The notes under the pieces were generated by a model. That model made no database searches and had not been told where the DNA came from. It saw nothing but the letters and a program-made list of their open reading frames with translations. A program made the translations under genes and the position numbers. A stretch of 56,153 nucleotides of DNA, filler included, from Basidioascus undulatus (Eukaryota): NCBI GenBank assembly GCA_000826855.1. It is 4 parts of 4 records of this genome, joined end to end, with 100 filler letters (N's around TTAATTAATTAA, not from the genome) between each part and the next. Parts side by side here need not be neighbours in the genome. Positions count along the whole stretch, not along the records: positions 14,050 to 28,028 come from JTLS01000767.1; 3 more parts are not named here. One strand, 5' to 3'. Positions 13,950 through 24,960 of this stretch are shown in pieces (position 1 is the first letter of the stretch; every line of letters begins with the position of its first letter).

Positions 13950-14049
13950 NNNNNNNNNNNNNNNNNNNNNNNNNNNNNNNNNNNNNNNNNNNNTTAATTA
14001 ATTAANNNNNNNNNNNNNNNNNNNNNNNNNNNNNNNNNNNNNNNNNNNN
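13950..14049. other. Artificial contig linker (N44-TTAATTAATTAA-N44)
   Basis: A six-frame stop cassette inside Ns; genes are truncated at its edges. Confidence 0.97.
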
Positions 14050-16363
14050 CTGAAAACAGCTCGTCGTCCCTGCGGAGTCGAGTGACAGTCAGCAGCAGTC
14101 TACCCCGCAAGTATCAGCTGAGTATCAAAGCTGACATTTTGGTCAAGACGCCGAGTGAGTGTTGGGATCCGAGCAGTCGACGTTCACGCTTCGACGGCCA
14201 GAAGTTTGCCGCTCGACGGGTGTGCCGGGATTCCCACGCCCAGATCCATTTTTTGTTTGGGCCCAGTCTGCGACGGCAGCGTTGCGTTCGCTCTCCTCCT
14301 CTGTCCACTGGCCTGTTCTCGCAAAGCTGCTGGACTGTGCTTCGCTCGTGCTGCCATCACTCCAGTCATCGCACAATGCTCACCCTCGCTCCGAGATGGC
14401 GCCCGCGAGCAAGCCTCAGTTCATAATGACCCTCTTCGATGGATGCTGCCCGACGGTCGTGACGCCTTGTGCTTGCCAAGGTTGAGGATCTTTACGGCAG
14501 TGTCTGGAGAGTGGGGAGCGGGACGGAGTGCCAGTTAGAGGACTGAGGATGGCAAGTGGAGACAGGAGATCGTACAGCCTGCGACAGACGATCGTGTCAG
14601 GACTCGAAACTCTCCGCGAGTCGAGGATGCGCTTCACAGCTTGCGCCCATCCAGTGCCCAGTCGTCCAGCCCACACCCTCAACCGGCACACTCACCTTCC
14701 CCTCCGCACGCGCAGCTCACTCGCCTCAGCTCCCCGTGTTGTTCGACCCCGTGCAGGAGCTCGTCCGCTCGCTCGGCGTGCGGGAGGAAGCTCATTGATG
14801 ACTTGGGGAGGCTGGGTCCGGAAGGGTGGGGAGGGGGAGGAGATGCGGGGGTGTGGGATGAGGGGGTGCTGGAGGAAGAGGGAGCGAATGGTGCGTGTAC
14901 GAGGGGGGGTTTTGAGGCGGCACGCACGGAGGACGCGTCTCGGACCGTCGCGCACCTCAGGTCGAGTTGCGCGCGGCCTCCAGACTCGGCGAACGAGTGC
15001 AACTGCCTTGAAAGTTTCTGAAGAGCGCAGAAATGGAAACAGGTGAAATGAAGGGGAAAGCGTCACGCGAGGAACGTGAACCTGCAAGCGCAGCTGCAAC
15101 CCGACGCATTGCCGGATCCGGACATTCCGATAGAACGGTGTTCGTTGCACAGCCCAGCCAGTCCGTATAAAACTCGGGGTGAAAATTTGCAGGCCTCACC
15201 AGGCCTTTTCGTGCTTTCCGCAGATAAAGATACTTCGAGAGAGGCAGGGCTAGCTTGCCTGCTTGTCAGACGGTCCGAAGTGTAGTCCTATACTTCTCAT
15301 CCAACCTCAGCCGACCCCAGTCGCTCCATCAAAGCACATCGACTGGTTGTCTCGAGGTAGACCGCGCCCGCTTGGTTGACCGTGAAGGCGAAGAGGTACT
15401 GTAGAGCGGTTCAAAGCTTTAGTTTTGATGTCCTATGGAGAGATAGAGAAAATATCTCGTACTTTGTGGGTTGAATCGATGAAGGCGGACGCATCCTTAA
15501 GGACTTCGTGGGCGGAGAACCGAAGGTCTGCAGGATGTAAGCAGATAGGTGGTCAGCTGTACATGCTTCTTCCTGAACAGAGAGAGAGGACATACCATGA
15601 AGCTGGGACGAACGATGTCCGCCGGGCGTGAAGACCGTGTGCCGCGTCGTCTGCGAGCGGAAGATGTCAGCCGGCTGCGTCTGGGTGAACGGGGGATAGA
15701 GGCCTTACCTCAGGCTTCGTAGCTCTGACAGACACTATGCAGGTGCGAGAGAGGGAGTAAGTAAGCTGAGCCAATAGATGTTCTGCGGAGGAACGTACCG
15801 CTCGCAGGTGCCCTTCCTGCTGGGCGAGTGTACCTTGCGCACTTGAGAGAGTTTTTGGATCTATCTGTACAAGAAAGGGCAGGTTTTACTTAACCAGTCG
15901 TGGTTGGTGGGAGGACAGCTTGCCCAAGGAAGACTTACAATCACCCATCCCGCTCATCATACCACCGGGTGTGAGGACACGGACTTGAAATTGAGAATGG
16001 CCAGCGGTAAAGACGGCGGGCACTTCGTTGAGGCCCTCTTCCGCCTGCAAGGTCGTCACGACGGTTTGAGGAGGGAGCAGTGGGTGACTCTTCAGAGGTG
16101 AATCCTGGTAGTTACGTTGAAGACACGATGTACCAACCTGCAGACATGAGACTTCGAACGTGAAGACGAGGTGCGGTAGCGTCTATGGAACAGAACAGTC
16201 GTCTCGTCTTTGTCAGTCTACTATAAGTCACCATACGGTGGCAGCACGCGCAGCGGACCTCCAGCTTGACCGCCCCCCGTAGGTAAATGGCGGTGCAGCG
16301 CGCTCTCAACCTCTCTGTTCCTCTTCCCCCACCCTCGCACGCCCCCATTCTACACAACATCGC

Positions 16364-18038
16364 GTGGGGACAACTTTTCCGCAGGACCCAAAAAGCCAGA
16401 ATATCTACCACCACGATATCCCCGCGGAGCTGCTGCTGTGTATTCTCGAGTTCGCTACTGAGGGTGCCCCGGCGGCGAAGCTCCAGTACACGCTCGTGTG
16501 CAAGGCGTGGGAGGTGCGTCGAAAGCCCCAATACATTCCCCGAAAGGAAGCGCTTACGGTCCTGCTCTGCTCAGTCGATGAATGTTTGGCTCTAACTTTC
16601 AGCTGGTTAGTTAAAAACCTTCTTCTTTTGAAAGTTGTAGTTTGTCGTTCAAAGACGAAGAGACTGTGTTCCGTTTGGCCATCTATGATCATTCTGAAAG
16701 TGGGCGCTTTTTATTTAGTGCAGTCTCCTGATGTGGGATAATTTCTTGATAGGAATTGATTTTTGGTTTTTATAGGATCATGGAAGTACGAGTTGAGATT
16801 GAAGGTTGAAGTTGCAATAGTGGATGGATATATGGTGATGACGTTTCTCCGTGACGCCCTTCCGCACCTTTCTTCATATCGCCAGGCCCGCTCGAGGCCC
16901 ATTTCTGAGCACGTGGTGTACACGGAGTGCTGCAAAGTTCTACAACAAGTGGCAGGTAAGTGTGTTTGTCCCCCTCATTGGAGTCCTGCTCCTTTATCGC
17001 ACAATTTCGCTTCAATCAGAACGCACTTGTCTGCGGCTCCTCGAGAAACTCACTTCGGCCCAAAGCCTCGACGGACAACCGCTGGAGACTTTCATCCGCT
17101 CGGTGGTAATGCCCATCTCCAGAAGCGGCTGGGAAGACACCCTGCGTGTCACCCTCGGCCGTCTTTCATGTCTCGCTGAAATCAGCGGTTCGATAGACTA
17201 TTCCGGCACCCCTTACACACTCACGCCTGTGGATGGTCTTCTCCTCCCGGCGATGCTACCCTGGAGGAGTTCTTTGACCATTATGAGCCTAATAACTCTT
17301 TTCGAACCCTTATCCTTGCTCTTTCCTGTTCTCAATCGGTTCGGAAACCTCTCGTCCCTTACCATGAACATAACCTGCTCATCCCAAGGGGATGCCGAGG
17401 TGTCCGTTAACCTGCCGCGCCTGTTTGCTCTTGCGTTGAAGGCTCCTGGAGATGCGCCTCAAACGGGGTGTTCAGTCCTCTAGTCCGCTGATCCATCCCT
17501 TCGCTATTTCCAACTGGTCCAGGAGACCACTCATAGCCGCCTCGACAAGATCCTGAAGGACCTGGGCCTTTTCCTCAGAGTGCTAAGACTGGTCAACCGA
17601 AGAACTGCCCGCGCATCATCTTGCATACTGCCCGGAGCTGCAGGTTCTCCAAATTCGCCACGTTGCTGGAAGTCCGGCGAGTGTTCTAGACTCACTGGAT
17701 CATCGGTACGTCGAAGCAATCACCGTTGGATTGCACTTGTCGGACAGCTCTTGCTCACAGCTCTAGAAGAGGTTTGCAAATCTTGACAGAAAAGAGCACC
17801 CAGATTTCGCATAATCGCTGTGAAGCTTCTGGAGCCTTTTGGGCCTACCGATGAGTGGAATGGGTTGAAATCTTGGTCGCAGCGCGTAGCTGGGGTGCTT
17901 CGCAGAAAGGAGCTCAAATTGCTGATTGGGCGCAACTTAGATTTAGGGGCTTTTAATTCTCCATGCGTAGATTTGGCGTTGCTCATACGACATTTGTTGT
18001 ATCACGTCGAGCAGCTCAGTCCGACGTCTCAAACATGA
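16364..18038 (+). pseudogene. F-box/LRR-like protein, copy 1, interrupted
   Basis: F-box-like DIPAELLLCILEFAT..YTLVCKAWE, then ~400 bp of unrelated AT-rich sequence (~16585-16985). Homology to copy 2 resumes at LLYRTISLQSERTCLRLL..SGWEDTL. In-frame TAG at 17481-17483 and later frame changes; no in-frame ATG. Confidence 0.7.
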
Positions 18039-18876
18039 GCTGCTACACGTCTGGTTTTGTGTGCATCAGAAGGAAATCGCAGACATGTCAAGCGGCCACG
18101 AATGAACGTTAAAAGGCACAGGGACTGTATGCCTACGGTGGATGTACGAAGCAGTGTGGACTCAAGATAGAGGATAGCCTGATTCAGACGCGTCGAGCAA
18201 TTTTAGGCGGTCACACACCCGAGTGGTCCTTGTCGCAGAGGATTAATCAAACCGGAGTTATCTTGACTGGTGGTGTAGAAAAAAAGGGTGTGCTTTGCTT
18301 TGTGTCGAGCGTACGCCTCCCAATATTGTCGTCCAAGGTCGAAGACTGCATCTGAAGTAGCCAGCATGTTGTGAGGGTTGAAGATTATAAAACCTTCTTT
18401 ACACAGAATTTAAAGTGAGAGCCTCGCAAGCACTGATTTGACCTTAGCCGTTGACGCTGACATTGGGTTGCAAGCTTGAAGTGACGGATGGGAACCACGC
18501 GAGCTATCTGTTCGCGGCGCAGGGCGGCACAGCTTTCGGCACGGCTTTCGATATCGAGATGGGCATCAAGAAACTTACACAGAAGGAGGGGTTTCGGCTT
18601 TGAAGTTCACGAAAGAAATGTAACGTATGCAGCTCTCCACCTTAGCGGACGAGCCCGGAGAATCAAGCATCTCTCGATGCGAGTTCAATAGGCATTGTGC
18701 CCTATGACTTGAAGGTGGGGAGTACAATGTGGTCGCGGGCCGGAAACGCGCAGTCGCGGCTTTCCCTGAACTTGTGGACGGACGATCGGATGTCGATGCG
18801 GAGGTTAAGGAACTCCTCCTCCCTGAATCATCCTCAACCCCAATTACCAACAAACTTTTCCACAGCGAAACCCTCG

Positions 18877-20000
18877 ATGTCTGTCACTCACCAATACCTG
18901 CCCGCGGAGCTGCTCTGTAACATCCTGGAAATGGCCACATGGCGTACGCTTCTGGCCGAGAGACTCGAGTACCTGCTGTTCTGCAAGGCGTGGAAGGCGA
19001 GCGTGAAGCTCGTATGCGGTCCAAGGGCTCCAGCTGATCAGTTACATGTTCAATGTACGTCGCTACCCCGTTCCTGTACACCTCCATTCCTCTTCAAACG
19101 AAGCACAGCTGCACCAAGCTCGTCCAAACCTTCCGTCGGGGCTCCACCGACTCTCAGGCGCTTTGTGCTCTCGTTCACACGATTCTCCTTCCCAGCCCCG
19201 GACAGCTCATGGGCTGGGAAGACTCGCTCTTCTCGGTCCTTTCGTATCTCACCTCGCTCAAATGCGTGGTTTCTTCGTACTCAAGCCTCGGTGGTCCCGG
19301 CGCTCCGGCTTTCATACCCTTCACCGCGGCCCTGTACAACGCGCTCGTGCAGTCCAGCCACTCCCTCGTCATATTTTACAACGCCTATTTTCCTCAGCCG
19401 ATGCTTCGATATTGCAGACGCTCAGTAAACTATCAAGCTCGACAGATTACGCATGGCGACAAGCAGCCCGCGGCGCGGCGACCTCTCGACGCCTCTCTTC
19501 ATGCCTCATCTGACCATGCTCGAGTTGATCTACTGGCGCACAGAGTGGCTGCCGATTTCAGAGGTCCTCGAGTCTGCTCGCCTTCCGTCGCTCAAGAAGC
19601 TCAAGTTCCTCTCGTTCAGTGTCTTACCGGAGCGCCTCGAGCCGGTCTTGGAAAATCTCGGACGCACACTCCATGCGCTCGAATTCGCTGAATGTGGAGG
19701 GACTTACCCGTTATTGACATCCTCGTTCACTGCCACCAGTTGAATATGCTCGAAAGTTGTGGAGCCGCGCCAGCACCGATCGAATTTTTGGGCCATGCTT
19801 GCTCACTCAACTCTCGAGTCTGTCGGCATCTGCTGTCGACTCTACGAGGGGAAACCCTTCGACAATTATATACCCAACATCTTCCGCGCCTGAAGAGGGT
19901 TATTTTGGAACGTTCTGGCTCAAGCGCGCTCTGGGCTGCCACGAGCGCATACCTGGCGGAGGTGCTCGACGAGAAGGGTATCACCTTCACCTTCGAGTAA
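18877..20000 (+). pseudogene. F-box/LRR-like protein, copy 2, frameshifted (or sequencing indels)
   Basis: YLPAELLCNILEMAT..YLLFCKAWK / YVATPFLYTSIPLQT..MGWEDSL / LPSLKKLKFLSF / LPRLKRVIL..EKGITFTFE*. Frame changes at ~19400-19440 and ~19700. Confidence 0.75.
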
Positions 20001-20712
20001 ATGAGCAATTAATAGCTGGGCTGGATTTTGTGCCGACTTTTTTTCTGCAATGAACTGTTCGATGTAGTTGTACATCTTTTCATTGTGACGACTGGCCGGT
20101 GAACTTGCTAATGAATCATTGCTTCAGAAGTTCAGCCATAATAAGACTTTACTCGAGAAGAGTCTTCTTGCGTTTAAGAATCACTTCAGCGTTTATTTTG
20201 AACGATGTTCAGGGATGAGAGCTTGATCAAATTGGCGGACAAAGCGTCCGCCGCAAAATGCATGTGATGGGAAGACAAGTGTGGATAGAGGTCTTCGGAC
20301 AAGACACCCACACTTTCTGGAAATGAAGGCGATAGGCAGTGATGTTTTGCACAACTTTGTTGGGAAAAAAGTAACTCCATCACCCCGAATCAAGTTCACC
20401 GGATGAGCGAAGGCCCCAACATAGGCGAGAAAGCGCCTTCGACATTTGGCTTCTCAGCAGAGGCACCGCTAAGACTCTGTTGCGGTCAAATTTCACCGCC
20501 AAACTGAAGCGTAATGTAAGCGTCGTATAAAGAGGCTTCGAGGTACGTGTGACCTGCTTCAGGGCAAGATGGCTAGGAGGCGACGCAAAGCGGCGCAGCG
20601 CTGGATGCTGCTGGGGCAGTCTTACATTCGCTAGGCGTGCCCTTCAACTCATGCATGTACAAATCGAGCTGTTGAAACCCATGCTGTCTCAGAAGCGCAA
20701 ACATCAGCGGCC

Positions 20713-21080
20713 TCACCCGTACCCTCGAAGCTGCTTGCACCACGAGGAGGCATAAAAACCTACATCCTTATGTTCTGGCCAGTCCTCCTTCTGATGATCA
20801 GGTCCACAGTACGCCGCTCCGTTGCAAGCCTGGCACATAGACAAGCACGGAATTCCGCAGACTTCGCAAATGCCGCCGAAGTCCTTGCAGAACCGCTCGA
20901 TTGACTCGCATATAATCTCCAGGTTACGCTGCCGTGCCAATGAACCCCCTTTCAAAGGAAAGCAACCACAGCTTGTGGAGAAACATACAATAACAATAGT
21001 CATTTATGTTGGTACTTTCACCCTGGCAGTGACGCCGGCCTCTTCTACAAGTCGCGTTCGCTCTCGTTTTGCGCTCATCG
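20713..21080 (-). CDS. MYND-type zinc finger protein (partial model)
   Basis: CEVCGIPCLSMCQACNGAAYCGPDHQKEDWPEHK followed by a GTAGGT donor. Full exon structure is unresolved. Confidence 0.7.
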
Positions 21081-21854
21081 GATAGATAGCAGCGAAGGCA
21101 AAGTCGGCGATTGATGCCTTTGAATGGAATATCGTCGAGTCAAGACTTTTCGATGATTATAGAAACTGAATCTATATGTTATGTTTTGTAGGGACCGCAC
21201 CGAATCAACTCCGGGGCCGAACACTCCTCGTCTTTCGACCCAGTGGCTGTCTGACACCCAGCACAGATTTTCATGTCTCGACGAAAGGAAGAGTACAGGA
21301 TGAGACGCTCTACCACCGTACACTCTGGGAAGCAAGTCGTTAATTCAAATTACATTCACATTCACATCGACATTTACGGTCTCAGAGAATCTGTGGGGTC
21401 GCTACTCCGGGCCGCTGCGCTCTGCGGTTCTGCCATCATCCAGGCTCACTGCCGTCACGCCACGGTGGTGCTGTACGCATCACGTTGTCACGATACTGTT
21501 GAGGCTCATAAGAAGATCCGAGTGTATCGGTGCCAACTCCCAGTTCGTTGTTTGGGATCCTCTGTTCAGTTTCAGGTAGTCTAGCCTGATAGCTTCAACC
21601 TATAATCGCATAAAGTATGGCCGCCATGCCCATGCTGGAGAGCAGGGAACGTGCGAGGAATGGTTACCTCGGTAGAAAATCGGTAGGTTCAGGGGCAGTC
21701 TCGCTTGAGCCTCCTGTCCGGTCCTTTCCACTCAGTCCACTTTTCATCAAGCAGTGTATACGTCGTCCTCTTTAATGTCCACCAAAAGCTTTGGTCCAAA
21801 TAGATTGCGAGAATCGAAAGCGAGTAGTGTACGAACCCGACCCCTTCTCCATCC

Positions 21855-22711
21855 TCAACCGCGCAAGAACGCCTCAACGACCTCGTCGTGGCCCTGGCTG
21901 GCGGTAAAGCCGGGCTCGTTGCCCTCCCTGGCCCTCCACGTGCGCCCCGTAATTGCTGTGAACTCCTCTACCGTTACCCTCCCCTCGTGCACAGCGTCGT
22001 TGAACTCCGTGCCGTCGCCGACAAGCGGGTGGAGCGGGGCGTCCAAGTCGGGCGCGACGAACATGACCGCGGTGTTACGGCGCGCGTCCTGTGCCGTGCA
22101 CTGCAAGCGGTGCTTGACCGCGCAGATCATGTCGCGCGGATGTTGTCCCCGCTCATGATCTGCGCGCACCACCCCCACAGCACGGCACCCGCGTCTCCAG
22201 GGACGGGGCGCCGGCCCGCGCCCCGACTCGTACTCGAGCCCGCCTCCCCGTTCTGGAGCAGGATCGTGACCGTGCCGTAGTACGTGTGCTCGTCGCAGCG
22301 CGCATGCGTCGACGTCGACGCAGCAGCGGCGCGTAGTCGCGCAGCCTATAGTTGACGTTCTCCTGCGTGTGGAGCGACTCGAGAGAGGTCGTCAGAGATG
22401 CGCGCGAGAGGTCGACCGTGAGCTTCTGGTCCACGTGCGCGTTCGTGAGCGACGCGGACTTAAAAGACGCCGCGGGCGGGGTAAGTCTCGTTGAGACGGA
22501 ACGCTTTCGGGGAACGGCGCCGAGGGCAGGTCACGGATCAACGCGAGGCCGTGGGTCGTGGCCGCCTGAGAGAGCGTCTCGAGCGCCGCAGGAAGCAAGA
22601 TGTGGTTGTAGGAGATCGAGGGGAGTTCTGTTGTAGTGGCCGCCGAGGCAGGTGCAGGAGAGAGCGGGGAGGAGGCGGGGAGGAAGGGAGAGGGAGGACG
22701 GCAGCAGACAT
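21855..22711 (-). pseudogene. 2OG-Fe(II) dioxygenase (IPNS-like) pseudogene
   Basis: Fragments YRLRDY, RCDEHTYYGTVTILLQ (HxD changed to HxY), GAVLWGWCAQIMSGDNIRA, VKHRL and RRNTAVMFVAPDLDAPL lie in several frames. Confidence 0.8.
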
Positions 22712-23085
22712 TTCGACCACGTGAGTACCACGAAAGCGGGACGATTGGATCGGAACGGTGGTCAACTGGTGGATGTGGTGGTGGTGGTTGGTGGTGATGG
22801 TGCTGGACAGGAGCACGACGTCTTCTGCTGCAGCCGGTGCGGAAGCAATCGGATGTCGGTGCCGAAGCTTCCATCGCCCTTCCGTGCTTGGGCCTCAAAC
22901 CCCGCTGCATCGAGCTCCATCCAAGAGACGGAAGGTACTTCTTGAGGCTAAGCTGTTGGCACACAAATAAGCAATAGTGGGTCAATAAGTCATTCATACG
23001 AATCAGACTCTTAACGATTTCGGCCAGCTTTTCCCTTCATCCGCTACGTCTACCTCTCCGCCGCGCCTTCACCACCTCACAGACT

Positions 23086-24960
23086 TTACGTGCACATGAA
23101 CAGCGACTCGTCCGCGCCAGGGTGGTACCTATCGTCCACCCGTACCGTCAGCGACACGTGTATCCACGCAACACCTGCGCTCAAAAAGCTAAAGAAGACT
23201 CACCAGAACACGAGCGCAACAATAACGTACACGCCGCAGAGCACGCACCCCGCGAGGTAGTGTCCGCGCCCCTGGCCGTCGTCGACCGCGAACTTGGCGA
23301 GGAGGACGGAGAGGAAGAGGACGACGGACTCGAGGGGATCGAACATGAGCGTGAGTGGCTTGGAGAGCGCCGCGCCGAGGAGGGTGATCAGGGGGATGAC
23401 GACTGTGGGACGACCGAGCGGTATTGGGGGTCAGTTGATGAGCAGAAGTGTGGATAGGGGGAAAGGAGATGAGACAAACAGAGAGCGATCTGGACCGTCG
23501 ACCCGAGCGCGACGGACATCGCCAACTCTTGGTTGCCCTTGTAGGCGGCGATGATGGCCGTCCCGTGCTCGGCGGCGTTGCCGACGATGCTGCAAGAGCG
23601 GATGGCAGAGTCAGCAAAGGAGAGACAGGCCAGAAGAAGGAAACAACGAACGGCAAAATGATTAACGACACCCATTCCTTCGATACCGACCCCGTAGCGG
23701 TGAGGCCTTCAATGGAATCGACCAGAGCCTCGCACGAAAAGAACCTACCGGACAAACCGTCATGTCAGCACCGCAGTGTGCGCGAAACAAAAAGCGAGAT
23801 GAAAACGCACACTAGCCCCGTGGTAGCGATCAAGACGACCAACGACGAGACGAGGTTGAGCTTGGGCGTCGCGAGCGCGTGCGTCGCAGGGCCGATCGCG
23901 GCCTCGGCGTCGTACGTCCCTGCGACGGTCGTGGACGCGAGCGACGACCGCGTCGAGGTGCGCGTCAGGGCGGGTGACTCGGCGGCTGTGTGGGCGGGCG
24001 CGACATCGATAAAGATGTGCTGGTGCGAGACGAAGGTGAAGACGAGCTACAGAGAAAGGTTCGAGAACGGGTCAACAGGGGAGAGGGAAGGGGATTCGGG
24101 AAGGAGGATCAAGGGAGGGTAATTTGGGAAGCGAGACATACGTAACACAGGTAGAGAATAATCAAAATAACGCTCGTTCCCCGGCTGATTTGCAACACGA
24201 ACGACTTCTCCATCTCGAGGTTGTCGGCGCGCTCGAACTGCTCGCGAAGGACGACGTGGAACGCGAGAGGAATGAGGAGCGCCAGCGTCGAGAGCACGAG
24301 GAGGGACGAGTTGAGGCGGGCCGGCGCGGGGCGGAAGGGGAGCGCGCTGAAGCGGAGGCCGCCGAAGAGGAACGACATGCCGAGGACGAGGAGGAGGTTG
24401 CTCTGTGCGGGGAGAGGCGAAAGGGGAATGAGCAAGGCTCGACCCAATCAAAGGGAAGGGGACGCACGAGAAGACCGCCGAGAAGACTCGACTGGACAAT
24501 CGACAGCTCACAACGCGTCAAAGCGAGAATGGCGATGATGATCTCGACGAGGTTGCCCAGCGACGCGTTGAGGAGGCCTCCCACAGGCACGCTCGTCCTG
24601 AGCGCGATCTCCTCCGTGCCGAACGAAAGGAGCGCCGCGAGTGGCACGATACCGAGGATGGCCGTGACGAACGTGGCGACGGCATTCTGGTGCGTGTAGT
24701 GGAGGGCCCACGACACGGGCGCGGCGATGAGGAGGACATTGAGCAGTGAGTAGCAGATCATGTTCTTCGCGCTCTGGAGGTACCACGGCGCCGGGCCGAG
24801 CGGGTGCACGGGCGTGATGAACACGCGGAAGGTCAAGTTCCCGCGGGAGAAGGGCGGGGACGCGTCGCGGGCAGCGGCGATGGCGGCAGCGGTGTGCTTA
24901 TCGTCGTCGAGTGTGGATTTGCTGGTCGTGCTCGAGGCAAGGGCTGTCTTCCTGCTACAC
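23086..24960 (-). CDS. VCX1: Vacuolar Ca2+/H+ exchanger (CAX/VCX1 family); 5' end uncertain
   Basis: Alpha-1 repeat GGLLNASLGNLVEIIIAI..SSLLGGLL/SNLLLVLGMSF and alpha-2 repeat IVGNAAEHGTAI..ALGSTVQIAL; last exon YHPGADESLFMCT* with stop at 23086-23088. Confidence 0.9.

Noticed and set aside
13994..14005. TTAATTAATTAA recurring every ~14 kb as a biological periodic element or CRISPR-like repeat
   Set aside because: It is embedded in N-runs and is a standard six-frame-stop linker.
14400..16290. Exon-like minus-strand fragments (MSFLPHAERADELL.., RFSAHEVLKDASAF..)
   Set aside because: Some splice signals are present, but there are stops and no identifiable family.
23448..24699. Long plus-strand ORFs (224 and 191 aa)
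   Set aside because: Antisense shadows of the VCX1-like gene.
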